64,000 bases of DNA from Octopus vulgaris (lineage: Eukaryota). A model generated the notes under the pieces. The model worked only from the letters and a program-made list of their open reading frames with translations. It made no database searches and was not told the origin of the DNA. A program made the translations under genes and the position numbers. Location: NCBI GenBank assembly GCA_951406725.2, contig OX597838.1, forward strand, positions 3,844,001 through 3,908,000. The letters are read 5' to 3'. This document shows positions 14,360 through 28,958 of this stretch, piece after piece (position 1 is the first letter of the stretch; every line of letters begins with the position of its first letter).

Positions 14360-14447
<88 letters not shown>

Positions 14448-14488
14448 GTATATATATATAGACATACATACATACATACATACATACA

Positions 14489-14524
<36 letters not shown>

Positions 14525-14576
14525 TATGGTGTGTATAGAAAGGTAGAGAATATTAGTGAATCTCATTCTCCCTGAT

Positions 14577-14610
<34 letters not shown>

Positions 14611-14940
14611 GCCCCACTCAAGTTACAGTACTCTGTCAGGAGTATCCTCAATGTCATGGTTGAGTGGTCACAGCTGATATCCATCAAGCGCTGTGGAAGG
14701 CCCAACAATTGAAGTGTCAGGGCTCCTCTGTGTGAAACCTCAGTATAGTTCTGCTCTGAAACACACAAGCAGCACAGTTCTGCTCCAGAACACATCCGAA
14801 CACGTTCTGAACACACTCCAACCCAGACGAAACCGTGTGACTGACATGGTCCTCAATTATCACACTGTCTGCTGCAGGGACGGATGATGGTGTGTGAGAG
14901 CGTTGCAAATTAATCCTGGCCTGTCATCTAAGCAAGGCTG

Positions 14941-15267
<327 letters not shown>

Positions 15268-15992
15268 TCGGCAATAATAGGTTAAAGACCTTTGACCGGA
15301 GCTCAGTGATGCTATCCAGAAAAGAAAAATTAAATTGCAGTTATGTATGTATGTATATGTATATGTAGTATGTGTGTTTGTTTGTATGTATGTGTGTATG
15401 TGTGTGTGTGTGTGCATGTATGCGTGTGTATATGTGTATGTGTGCGTGTGTGCGCGTGCCTTTGTATGTGTGCGTTTGTGTGTGTGTTTGCGTGTGTGTG
15501 CTCGTGTGGGGGTGTATGTGCGTGTGTGTGTGCGTTTGTGTGTGTGCGTTTGTGTGTATGTGTGTGCGTGTGTGTATGTGTGTCTGTGCGTGTGTGCGTG
15601 CGTGTGTGAGTGTATGTGTGTGTGTGTGTGTGCGTTTGTATGAGTGTGTGCGTGTGTGTGTATGTGTGTCTGTGCGTGTGTGCGTGTGTGAGTGTGCGTG
15701 TGTGCGTGTGTGTATGTGTGTGTGTGCGTGTCAGTCAATTATGTTAAAACAGTTTCAAAACCACTGAAAATATTCGTCTTCTTATCTCTCTCCTGCTCCG
15801 CTCCAATACCTGTGCCTCCCAGCGAAGTGAAATCGAGGCACAGGTGGACAAGTCAACCGAGACTGATAGTGATAAGTGCTCAAAATATTTTTTTAAGTGG
15901 TTTTAACCTATTAATAACAACATTGACCGATTTCTGTAAATGTAAATACAAACATATAAACATATTCATAGACAGACAGACAGACAGACAGG

Positions 15993-16188
<196 letters not shown>

Positions 16189-16479
16189 CAGATTCTATAT
16201 TCATTACATTTAGAGCTTTTCATTCGAGTTCTGCAACACAAAATCATTCGTCTCTTCACCAAGCTGAAACTTTACAATCCTGTTGTGCTCCTCACACATC
16301 TGTAATGGGTGTCAAACGTACGCAGTCTATCACAGACATAACAAACAACTTCAGCAGTTTTACAGCCGTTCTTTGCGATCGGTTATTCTAATCTGGTGAT
16401 ATGTGAAGTTGTTGATAATTTGCATAGCGAAAAAGCGAATGTATTTGGAGCTTTCAGCTCTGTTCCTATATTTATTGCG

Positions 16480-16569
16480 GAACACTGATGAGACAGCGTG
16501 CAAGATTGCGTAATATTTCTACAAATATTATGTACTTATTACGTATGTTGCTGAAACTAGTATGTATTC
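16480..16569 (+). ncRNA. Type I hammerhead ribozyme motif with long stem II
   Basis: ACA CTGATGA (16485-91), stem II gacagcgtgc/gtatgttgct with inner hairpin, GAAA CTAG TA^TGT; predicted cleavage after 16562. Confidence 0.6.
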
Positions 16570-17008
16570 TATAAAGCATCAAATACCATACCTGTTTTCT
16601 GTAACTTATTATTGTTTTTTGTGGGGGGAGCTGTTTGTGTGTGCGTGTGTGTGTATGTGTGAGTGAGTGTGTGTGCGTGTATATGAATGAATGAATAAAT
16701 GTATTATCAACACACACACACAAACAAACAAACAAACCAACACTCATATGGCAGGCTTTCGTACAGTTATTCGCTTCCGTAGTTTCACCTACAAGGCATT
16801 GTTAAGTACAAAATAAGGTAGAAAAGACACTTGCCCAAGGTGCAGAGCAACGGAATCGAATCTGTAAACGCCTGATTCCGAAGTAAAGTAGATACTCGTG
16901 CACCTATATACGTATATACTTCCAACTCTAGACACACATGTGTATATATACATACATGTACATGTGTATACGTATAAACACGAAACTCAGTCATATCTCT
17001 TCAATATC

Positions 17009-17079
<71 letters not shown>

Positions 17080-18227
17080 TGTGTGTATGAATGGTTGTGA
17101 GTATTTGGGAAGATGTGAATGTGTTGCGTGTACATACGTTGTGTGTGTTTGTGTGTTCTGTATATCAATTCTTAATCAACATATCTTTAAATGGTTATTT
17201 TAACTGTTTGTTCATCATTTGTTTCACCGACACATTAAAATTCGCTCCTTTCCGCCTCTTACCGCCCCTGTCTGCCCATTCCCTCCCATCGTTCATTGAT
17301 ATTTATCATAATTCCGTTAAATGATTGATGCAGACGATAATAACCACTTGTCGTCAGCCATTGCTGTTATCAGCCACGCTCTGTTCTCGCCACACGCCAA
17401 TGCCGCCATTTCGTTATTAATACCCGCTTTGTTATTTTGCAAACACTCGCTTCTCTTTCGCAATAAATTCCATCTCTGTCGGAATTCAAATGGAATTCAC
17501 CAGAACAATATTTGTTATTCTATTCTTTATTGATATTGTTATTCTATTTAGTGGTAGCTCTTCCTTTATTGGTTTCAGTCATTGGTCTGTGAACCTGCTG
17601 GGTGGAGTCGGTGTTCAGAGGAGGTATGGTTGAACACAGAGACACCCGCACCCACCTCCGCTCCCAGCAGTACCTGGGGACAGTACATACAAATAGTTCG
17701 CTGGTTAATTAATTTTATCGATCTCGGAATGATGAAAGGCGACGTCGGTTTCAGAAAAGGTAAACACACGCAAAATCACACATGTACAAGCACAAACACA
17801 TACACACATACATAAGTACATGTGTGTGTGTGTGTGTGTGCAATATACACTCATGCGCAAATGCACACATTCTCACATACACTCTTATACACACACACAC
17901 ACACACAAACGCGTGCGTGCATATGTATGTATGTGTGTGTGTATATATGTGTAAACATCACCCTTTGATGTATATCTGAATAAACAAAAAAATGAATTCA
18001 TGCCTGTGTGTGTGTATGTGAGAACTATGTTTGTGTACATGAGTGTATGTGTGTGTATGTGTGTTTTCAGTAGCTCTCCCACCTCATCCGATCCCACCCC
18101 CATTTCAATAACATGCAGTGATTTCAGAACTCTCAGCGATAATAATTCATCAAACTTTTAAGAATGTTGTTCAATCGTTACAAACCAAAGTTAAGCATTG
18201 ATATATGCGTCATAATTACGTTCCTGC

Positions 18228-18830
18228 TATGTTCGGAGTTCAAATGCCGCTCATGTCATCTTTGCCTTTCATCCTTTCGGGGGTCAGTAAAATAAGTATC
18301 AGCGGCGATAAAGGTCAGTAAAATACGTAACAAAGCGGCGAGCTGGCAGAATCGTTAGCATGCCGGGCGAAATGCCTAGCAGTATTTCGTCTGCCGTTAC
18401 GTTGTGGGTTCTAATTCCGCCGAGGTCGACTTTGCCTTTCATCCTTTCGGGGTCGATAAATTAAGTACCAGTTACGCACTGGGGTCGATATAATCGACTT
18501 AATCCGTTTGTCTGTCCTCTCTGTTTGTAGCCCCTTGTGGGTAGTAAAGAAATAGGTATTTCTTCTGCCGTTACGTTCTGAGTTCAAATTCCGCCGAGTT
18601 CGACTTTGCCTTTCATCCTTTCGGGGTCGGTTAAATAAGTACCAGTTACGCACTGAGGTCGGTGTAATCGACTTAATCCGTTTGTCTGTCCTTGTTTGTC
18701 CCCTCTGTTTGTAGCCCCTTGTGAGCAGTAAAGAAATAAGTAAAATAAGTATCAGCTGACCCCAGTGCTAGACGAAATCGGCTGCTCCCTCACTCCATAT
18801 TTCAGGCCTTGTGCCTAGAGTAGAAAGAAT
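18228..18830 (+). mobile_element. Tandem, partially duplicated Nin-like SINE (family B)
   Basis: Three gcctttcatcctttcggggtc domains; full head gcggcgagctggcagaatcgttagc at 18335. Confidence 0.85.
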
Positions 18831-19706
18831 TATCACCTTCCTATGTGGTGTCCATATTTGGATTGGACTTCCCGTGTTCGGTCCAGTGCAGAACGAGGGT
18901 TTCAGCATGTTCTCTCCACTAGAGAATGGCTTCAGACCATACTTGGTCTGATGAGCCTACTCTGCCTCTCTGGCTCAACATAAATTGACAGAGGATGCAT
19001 GTCTGTTAGATGATATTTATTGCTATCAGATTGCGTCTGGACTTTCGAACATAAGATCGTGGGTTCAATTCCTTGTTCGGGAAGAAAATTGTATTCTTGA
19101 TACGAGTGGCCAGAATCGTTCGGAAGAGAGTTTTCGTATTGTTTGTTAGGCGCTTTCGCTGTTTACACTTGTGTGTATATGTGTGCGTGCGTATGTGCGT
19201 GTTTGTGTGTGCATGTGTGTGTATGTATGTGTGCGTGTATGCACGTGTGTGTGTGCATATGTGTGTGCGCGAGCGTATGCGCGTGCTTGTGCACATGTGC
19301 GCATCCGTGTATGTCTGCGTGCGTGTGCATGTGCGTGCTTGTGTGTGTACGTGTGCGCGCGCGTATGTGCGTGCTTGTGTGTATGTGTGGGCATGTATGT
19401 GTACGTGTGTGTATATGTGTGTGCGCGAGCATAAGTGCGTGCTTGTGTGTGTATGTATGTGTACGTGCGTGTGTATGTGCATACCTGTGTGTATGTATGT
19501 GTGCGTGTGTGTATGCGTGTGTGAATGTCTGTGTGTAGGCGCGTAAGCTAATAGTTAGCGTGTTGCACTCATGATAGCAAGACCATGGTTACAATTCCCA
19601 TCTTGGTTTGGACCAATGCATTTCACGCGTCTGCTGCGAAGATAGTTATCACCAGAGAGGAATGCTGATCTGACCGCCAAACCGGCGGGATGGCATCATT
19701 CGAAAG

Positions 19707-19756
<50 letters not shown>

Positions 19757-19991
19757 TGATAAGTAAGAAAATGGAGATATTTAATTTAATTTATTAACAT
19801 TTCTTAAAATGTAAATTAATTTATATCCATTAAATATCTCCGTATTCTTATTTAACAATATTTGATATTTATAATATACCTATGTTTATACTGAAGAGAT
19901 ATTTCTCAACAACTAACTTGGAATAAACTCTTCCTATAACAGGTTTATATATCCTTGTAGTGACTATATATATATGTAACGCTGGTCGCAT

Positions 19992-20039
<48 letters not shown>

Positions 20040-20151
20040 TGGCCTGTATGTGTGTGCGCGAGCGTATGAGCGTGCTTGTGTGCATGTGCGCATCTGTGTA
20101 TCCAGCGATGTGTAACAACATCTGATAGCCTGGTCGGTCACGGTGATCACG

Positions 20152-20206
<55 letters not shown>

Positions 20207-20207
20207 T

Positions 20208-20272
<65 letters not shown>

Positions 20273-20636
20273 GTGGCGATTCGACTCTGGTGCACTGGCT
20301 GTTCGGGCTTGCAGTTTTTGGCGGTCTCATTCGCGCCAGACACCAAGTTAGTATTTCTTAATAACCGAAAAAATAGCGTGTTGCACTCATGATAGCAAGA
20401 CCATGGTTTCGATTCCCAGACTAGGCTCTCTGGAATAACGTTACTCTACACGATGCATGGCTCGGAAATCTAGGAGTCTCTCCTGGTTGAGCTGCTGCTT
20501 TTCCAAAGTGAGAGGCCAAAGCTCCGGTACTAAGAATTTGTGGATAGAATTTTGCAGAAAAGAATCGCAAGACGGATTCGTCATGCCGAGCCATCCAGCA
20601 GGAAATCTAGGGGGTAGATCAAGAGTGATATGGTCA

Positions 20637-21088
20637 GTTCCGGGTTCAGTCCCACTGCGTGGCACCTTGGGCATGTGTCTTCTAGTATAGGCTCAGGCCG
20701 AGTATAGCTTTGTGATCGGATTTGGTTGACGGAAACTGAAAGAAGCCCGTCGTATATGTGTGTGTGTTTCTCTGCCTGTATTTGACAATTGCTGTTGGTT
20801 TGTTTACGTCCCTGTTGTTTACGTACGCGTGTGTGTGTGTTTGTGTGTGTCTGTGTGTGTTTATATATATCTATGTGCGTGTTTTTGTGTCTGTGTCTGC
20901 TTGACAATCGGTGCAGGTGTGTTTACGTCCCCGTGACTTGGCAGTTCGGCAAAAGAGAACCGATAGAATAAGTACTAGGCTTGCAAAGAATAAGTCGATT
21001 TGTTCGACTGAAACCCTTTAGGGCGGTACTCCAGCATGGCCGCAGTCAAATGACTGAAACTATTAAAAGAAAAAAGAATAAAAGAATA
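20637..21088 (+). mobile_element. SINE family A, 5' truncated
   Basis: gggttcagtcccactgcgtggcacc...ccagcatggccgcagtcaaatgactgaaac. Confidence 0.8.
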
Positions 21089-21301
21089 GTTTCCGTGGGC
21101 CACACTTGAGAATCTAAGCGAAAAGTGTAATGGTGATTGCTTCTGAGAGGACCCTATGGAAGAATTTAACCATACGACTTTCTCTCCCATGCTTAGAGAG
21201 CGGGAAAGATGGATGGATGTAAAATTTGCAATTTTGAATTCAAAAATTTGTTTAACATTACACAGATTTTATGTTAACCTCGTGCGTTTCTATGTTTGCA
21301 C

Positions 21302-21340
<39 letters not shown>

Positions 21341-21493
21341 TGTGTAAGAGAGAGAGATTGAGGGAGAGAGAAAGAAAGGCCTCTCTTAAATCAATTTGTG
21401 ATGAGCAGGTTGTGGCAACGTGTAAGAATTTTTCTATTTAACTATCTCTCTTTGTCTCTCTTTCTTTCTTTCTTTCTTACTTTCTATCTCTCT

Positions 21494-21542
<49 letters not shown>

Positions 21543-22286
21543 GCTTTCTATCTCTCTCTCTACCTCTCTATTTTTTCTGTAAATTTAATCTTCTGATAAT
21601 TAATTACTCATTAAAATCAGCTTTATTACAATGCCACAATAAACAACAACGAAATAAAGACGCCATATAACTAACAATTTATCACAAAGCTATGCGATTT
21701 TAATAGTAAATTACGTTTGTAGCCAGGACTTTCATTCTTACAACAGTATCAACGGCTATTTTAATATGTTTTTGAAATAACTGGTTATCAAATCTCTATA
21801 AATTTAATAACACCGTCAACAACAGCAACAGCAACAGTTAGCATCAAGCATTTTCATGGAAATTTTCTCGAGATTCTTCGCTCAAAATTACTAAATAAAA
21901 ACACAGGCGACATATTTTAAATGTCGTCTGCCAGTCAGCCATTCTTCTCGTTGAAGTTCTGACGTCATTACTGAACGACTTGGAAGGTTTCTATCTACAT
22001 CCAACTCTCTTTCTTTGAAATCATGTTTGAGATGAGGATTTTTTTTCTATACGTGTTTTATTTAATAATCTCGTATTTTTTGTTGGATTTTTTGTTGATG
22101 TTGCTTTTGCGGTTTGTTATCCAGCTTTTTCTTTTCTTTGTTCTTGTTAATATTTTTAGATGTTGTTGCTGTTGTTGTTGTGTTATTATTGAAGTTATAG
22201 AATTAGCGGTACGAATGATGATCACAATCATCAGCAGCAACATCACCACCATCACCATCAATCAGCATCACCATTCATCATCATTG

Positions 22287-22331
<45 letters not shown>

Positions 22332-22478
22332 ACAGCAGCAGCACTATCGTAACCCTCCTCCTCCTCCTCCTCCTCCTCCTCATCATCATCATCACCATTA
22401 TCATCATCATCATCATTGTCACCGCCATCATTTTCTTAATCATCAGCAGCAGCACCTTTGTCATCGTCGTCGTCATCG

Positions 22479-22509
<31 letters not shown>

Positions 22510-23000
22510 TTGCAGCAGCAGTTGCAAAACAGCCACAGCTTGAGCAGTATCATCGTCGTCGTCGTCGTCGTCATCATCGTCATCATCATTGCTATTATTA
22601 TCAGTGAAACCATGGTTTTTTCAACATGTTTCACTCGTGTTTTCTACTACCCAACCATGAGACACACTTTCCTGCCACACCGTCTTCCTAACGCGTATGC
22701 AGTTTTGTCTTATTGAATATAGAAATATAGGAATATATAGGAATATAGAAAGGTACATGCTAGCTAAATCAATAGAGGCGGGGCAGGGCCGAATGGTTTA
22801 AAAGTTTGGTTCGCAACCACGGAGTTGCAGGTTCAACCCCACTCCGTGGAAAATTCGACACATAATTTTTTTGTGTTTAGGGCCACATGCGATTGGAACG
22901 TCACAAGAAAGACTCGCAAGATGGATTTTTCAAGCCGAGCGAACCAGTAGGAAACTTAGAGTTAGACCGAGATCCCCTTCCTTCATGATATGATTTGAGG

Positions 23001-23480
23001 ACGGCGAGCTGGCAGAAGCGTTAGCACGCCGGGCGAAATGCATAGCCATATTTCGTCTGCCGTTATGTTCTGAGTTCAAATTCCGCCGAGATCGACTTTG
23101 CCTTTCATCCTTTCGGGGTCGATAAATTAAGTACCTATTTCTTTATTACCCACAAGGGGCTAAACACAGAGCGGACAAACAAGGACAGACATAGGTATTA
23201 AGTCGATTACATCGACCCCAGTGCGTAACTGGTATTTAATTTATCGACCCCGAAAGGATGAAAGGCAAAGTCGACCTCGGCGGAATTTGAACTCACAACG
23301 TAACGCAGACGAAATACCGCTAAGCATTTCGCCCGGCGTGCTAACGTTTCTGCCAGCTCGCCGCCGATAAATTAAGTACCAGTTACGCACTGGGGTCGAT
23401 GTAATCGACTTAATACCTATGTCTGTCCTTGTTCGTCCCCTCTGTGTTTAGCCCCTTGTGGGTAGTAAAGAAATAGGTAT
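23001..23480. mobile_element. Nin-like SINE with a complete inverted copy nested inside
   Basis: Forward 23001-23135, reverse ~23135-23365, forward tail 23366-23480. Confidence 0.85.
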
Positions 23481-23934
23481 GATTTGAGGGAAATTTCGCT
23501 GCTATATTTATTAGGTCTTGCGGCCATGTCCAAGTTCCTATATGTTGGTTAGTGAGAGGGACGCTGTGTTGTTTATGAACAGAAAGTGAAATGTCAAAGA
23601 TAAGGCAATCGAGGTGGTGGAGTGAGGATGGGCAGGAGGTAATGGTCAACGGCGTACAGTAGCAGTCCTCTTTGTGTGTGTGTGTGGGGGGGCGTATGAT
23701 TAAGGGATGTGCGTGAGTGTTTCAATATTAGGGTGGTGGGAATATGTGAAGAGGTATCGTAATCTATGTGTGAGTGTGTGTGCGTGTGAAAGCCATATTT
23801 GTTCCATCCTTTCGTGACGCCGAGATGGTCTGTATCAGATTTTGCAGTCAGGTGATTGCATTGGCGTACAATCACATACATACATACATATGCACGCATA
23901 CGTACGTATTTGCATACATACGCACCTAAATACA

Positions 23935-23977
<43 letters not shown>

Positions 23978-23979
<2 letters not shown>

Positions 23980-24373
23980 TTTACTCTTTTACTTGTTTCA
24001 GTCATTTGACTGCGGCCATGCTGGAGCACCGCCTTTAATCGAGCAACTCGACCCCGGGACTTATTCTTTGTAAGCCCAGTACTTATTCTATTTTTTTGCC
24101 GAACCGCTAAGTGACGGGGACATAAACACACCAGCATCGGTTGTCAAGCAATGCTAGGGGGACAAACACAGACACACAAACACACACACATACATATATA
24201 TACATATATACGACGGGCTTCTTTCAGTTTCCGTCAACCAAATCCACTCACAGGGCTTTGGTCGGCCCGAGGCTATAGTAGAAGACACTTGCCCAAGTTG
24301 CCACGCAGTGGGACTGGACCCGGAACCATGTGGTTGGTTAGCAAGCTACTTACCACACAGCCACACCTGCTCC
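23978..24373 (-). mobile_element. SINE family A, full length
   Basis: Reverse complement of the family A consensus. Confidence 0.88.
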
Positions 24374-25337
24374 CACATATATATATATATATATATATAC
24401 TTCTAATACAGGATAAAAGTCTAATGATGGCTGCTTCTAAGAGGACCCTATGAGAGAAGGTACACAAGACACTTCCCTCCCGACCCTCCCAGAAATAGTG
24501 GGCGGAGAAGAGGGATCGATGGGTAATGAAACATGATAGAGAGCCTTACTTTACTAACTGGGCCCAGGGAAATGGATGACAAAAACAACTGAGAACAACT
24601 CAGCGCCAGGATTCGAACACCAGTTAGCTGGACTTTCAACTCATCGAAGAAAAGCGTCGTAACTAAAATACCTGGGGATGCGGGAGGTCGTTTTAATCAA
24701 CTGCTCGAGCGATTTCTGGTAATCGATTATCCTTCCACCCGATGATTAAAATAGCTGAATAACCCATGGATATTATTACAGATTGCAAAGTGATGGAGGT
24801 GGGGTGGGGTGGGGTGGGGATGGGGGTGAACTATTGTCTTGATTAGTTATATTTTCCAGTGGAGGTGGGCACAGCGGCGGTGGGGGTGAGGGTGGAAGGT
24901 AGGCGAAGGTTCGGGCGTTGGATCGAAATCTCATCATCCAATCACTTTTTTTGTGATTGTCACAGTCGGCTCTCCGTAATCGATGAGGTTGCCTTCTTCA
25001 CCATACCACATGTACCACCCAACCCCTTCCCCCCTATTTTGCAATTGGTTTGGTCCTTTCTTTCGTGTTTCATTTTATTCTATTTTATTTTTATTTATTT
25101 TATTTAGGATTTGTTTTTTTGCTGTTTTTGTTTTGCTTTCGATAGTTGGGGGGGTCAGTGGAGCTTGCTCCTTCCCTTATTTATACCGACAACGGAACCT
25201 CATCACATAATCGGTGTGTGTGTGTGGGTGGTGTGTAGGGGATGTCAATGTGTATACGTGTGTAGGTATGCATGTACATAGGCGGTTGTATATATATGTA
25301 TGTATATATATATATATACATATATATATAATATATA

Positions 25338-25390
<53 letters not shown>

Positions 25391-25533
25391 GGGTGTCTAT
25401 GTTTGTACGTGTATATGTATATGTATGTACATGTGTATATATACACGTGTATGTATGTGTGTATATTTGTGTACGTATGTGGGATGCGTATACGTATGTG
25501 AATGAGCGTGCACACGTACACACACACACACAC

Positions 25534-25653
<120 letters not shown>

Positions 25654-26130
25654 ATCATATATATATATATAAATTAAATAATGCGGGTAGAAATTGATAT
25701 TAATCAAAACCAGTAGTTTAGCATATTTAAAAAATCCGAAGATTATAATTTTTAATCTTCGGATTTACATATATATATGTTGGGGGGGGGGTATGCATGT
25801 GAAATGTGTATTTGTCTGTGTGCAAATGTATATATGTACAGGTGTGTATGAATATATATATGTACGTGTGTATGTGGATGTGTATGTATGCGGTGTGTAT
25901 ATACATGTATGTGTATATGTATCGCCGAAAATGTATATATGTGTTTGTCTCCGTATTTGAGCATGTATATGAGTATATATGTGTATATGAGCAAGTATAT
26001 GAATATATATATATATACGTTGAGTGTATATGTATTTTGGGCGTGTATACTGTGTTTATGACAGTTTCTGAGGAATTGTTCAGTAACCTAGCAACGTTTT
26101 ATATTTTAGTATTTTTAAACTGTGGATTGA

Positions 26131-26193
<63 letters not shown>

Positions 26194-26200
26194 AGTACAA

Positions 26201-26243
26201 CTCATCGACAAGAGTCAATAAACTCGAAACATCGATGTCTGAG
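26201..26243 (+). ncRNA. Minimal type I hammerhead motif with variant core (U3-A8, C4)
   Basis: CTCA TCGACAA GAGT caataa ACTC GAAA CATCGATG TC^TGAG; all three stems pair. Confidence 0.6.
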
Positions 26244-26329
26244 ATTCCCGAGTGAGGGCGACGCGGAACGAACTGCTTTTTCATACCTTTTTACCACAAC
26301 TAACCTAAATTGTGATATATATGTGTGTG

Positions 26330-26369
<40 letters not shown>

Positions 26370-26658
26370 TATATATGTATATATACATATATATGTATGC
26401 ATATATACATATATGTATATATATGTATATATACATATATATATATATACATACATACATACACATATGCACTCACATACACACAAATGCATATATATGT
26501 GTATGTATGTATATATGTATGTATTATGTATGCATGTACGTATGTATGTGTGTATTTGTGTGTATGTGTGTGTGTGTGTGGCCGGGGTAATTCTTTACTC
26601 ATGCCTGTTGTTGCTTCCCCTATTCATGGTTTATGTTTTTCGCTAGAAAACATGACAT

Positions 26659-27000
26659 ACTCTCTTTTTACTCTTTTACTTGTTTCAGTCATTTGACTGC
26701 GGCCATGCTGGGGCACCGCCTTTAGTACTTATTCTATCGGTCTCTTTTGCCGAACCGCCAAGTAACGGGGACATAAGCACACCAGCATCGGTTGTCAAGC
26801 AGTGCTAGGGGGACAAACACAAACACACACACACACATACATATGTATACATATATACGACAGGCTTCTTTCAGTTTCCGTCTACCAAAACCACTCACAA
26901 GGCATTGGTCGGCCCGGGGCTATAGCAGAAGACACTTGCCCAAGGTGCCACGCAGTGGGACTGAACCCGGAACCATGTGGTTGTTTAGCAAGTTACTTAC
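26659..27000 (-). mobile_element. SINE family A with internal deletion
   Basis: Reverse complement of the consensus. Confidence 0.85.
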
Positions 27001-27519
27001 CAAGCGAAAGACAGCGCTAAGGTACACACAGCCACACACAACATGAATCTTTCAGCTATCACTTTCCGCTTTCCGCGGGACGAAGCAACCAGTGAGCACC
27101 GTTGACGTCACACATCACGTGACATGCCGCAATCTTGTCTTTCTGCTTGAACAGCCTCGATGAAGACCGCTGAAGACAGACGTGGCTGTCCAAATTCCTT
27201 GACACTATCATGGCTCTCCGGTCAACTGGTTTGCCAAATTGCTAACTTGGTCAGCTATTTGTGAAGCAAGTAATCCGGACACATTCCTGTGAACCAGCCG
27301 AGTCAAATGAAAATAGGTTTCATACCCTTCTAGGCTATTGAATTCTGTACAGCTAGCGTATTTAGGGATGTAGTGTGTATGTGTGTATATGTCTGTACGT
27401 ACGTACGTATGTATGTACATCAGTATGTAAGCTCTGTATGTACTGTATGTACGTACGTATTTAATTTTTCAAGAAATTTAAATTTTAAATTTAATTATTT
27501 TTTACAGAATTGTTTTAAT

Positions 27520-27940
27520 ACTTACTCTTTACTCTTTTTACTCTTTTTACTTGTTTCAGTCATTTGACTGCGGCCATGCTGGAGCACCGCCTTTAGTCGA
27601 GCAAATCGACCCCGGGACTTATTCTTTGTAAGCCCAGTACTTATTCTATCGGTCTCTTTTGCCGAACCGCTAAGTGACGGGGACGTAAACACACCAGCAT
27701 CGGTTGTCAAGCAATGCTAGGGGAACAAACACAGACACACAAACATATTCACACACACTTATATATATATACATATATACGACAGGCTTCTTTCAGTTTT
27801 TGTCTATCAAATCCACTCACAAGGCATTGGTCGGCCCGGGGCTATAGCAGAAGACACTTGCCCAAGATGCCACGCAGTGGGACTGAACCCGGAACATTGT
27901 GGTTGGTTAGCAAGCTACTTACCAAACAGCCACCCCTGAG
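27520..27940 (-). mobile_element. SINE family A, full length
   Basis: Reverse complement of the consensus. Confidence 0.88.
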
Positions 27941-28902
27941 CCTATTTATTTTTCTATTTTATATTCCTTTCCTTTTTTCGCCCTTTTTTTTCAATTGAAA
28001 AATCTCGATCCTTTTGTGGAAAGTCAGCGTTTTTACTCTTATATAACCCGAAAAAAACCGCTACACGAGCGTCTGCATATATGAGTGTATGTCTATGCAT
28101 AAGTCTGTATGCCGTGTATGTATCTGTGTATCTGTGTATGTGTCTGCATGTGGTCATGTGAGTCTATCTGTGTGCATGTGTGTGTGCGTGAGTGAGTTTG
28201 TATGCTCTGGCTGTATGCATTTTCTTGTGTGTATGTGTGTCTATGTGTATATATAATATATGTGTGATGCTATATGTGTGTATGTGCGCGTTAGTGTGCG
28301 TGTATCGTTGAGTATTTGTTTATGTGCTTGTGAGACTGTGTGCATGTATGTATGTATGTACATTTGTACGTATGAATGTATGTGTATGTATGTATATGTA
28401 TATGTATATGTATATATGTATGTATGTATGTATGTACGTACGTATGTGTATGTATGTATATATGTATGTATGTATGCATATTATGTATGTGTATGTATGT
28501 ATATGCATGTATGTATGTATAAATGTATATATGAATGTACGTATATTATGTATATGTATGAATGTATGCATGTATGTATATATGTGTACTCGTATGTATG
28601 TATGTATGTATGCATGCACGTATATATATATATATATGTATGTATGTATGAATGTATGTATGTATGTATGTATGTATGTATGTATGTATGTATGTATGTA
28701 TGTATGTATGTATGTATGTGTGTATGTATGTATGTATGTATGTGTATATGTGCGTGTGTGAGTTTATGTTCATGTGTGTACGTGTGTATGTATGTTTGCA
28801 TGCGTGTGTGTGAGAGAGAGAGAGCGAACGTGAAAGATGGGTTATCTGTGTGCATGTGTGTGTGCATGTGTCTATGTCTGTGTGCGTGCGTGAGTGTGTG
28901 TA

Positions 28903-28958
<56 letters not shown>

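Noticed and set aside
15809-15862. Possible 53-nt minus exon (SVDLSTCASISLRWEAQ) overlapping a 10-bp hairpin
   Set aside because: Too short to distinguish from chance.
19753-19970. AT-rich hairpin followed by CTGAAGA GATAT...ATATC
   Set aside because: GAAA half missing; too degraded to call.
20274-20338. Minus TGGCG CGAATGA GAC...GTC GAAT CGCCA hammerhead-like frame
   Set aside because: No stem III or cleavage triplet, and the core is deviant.
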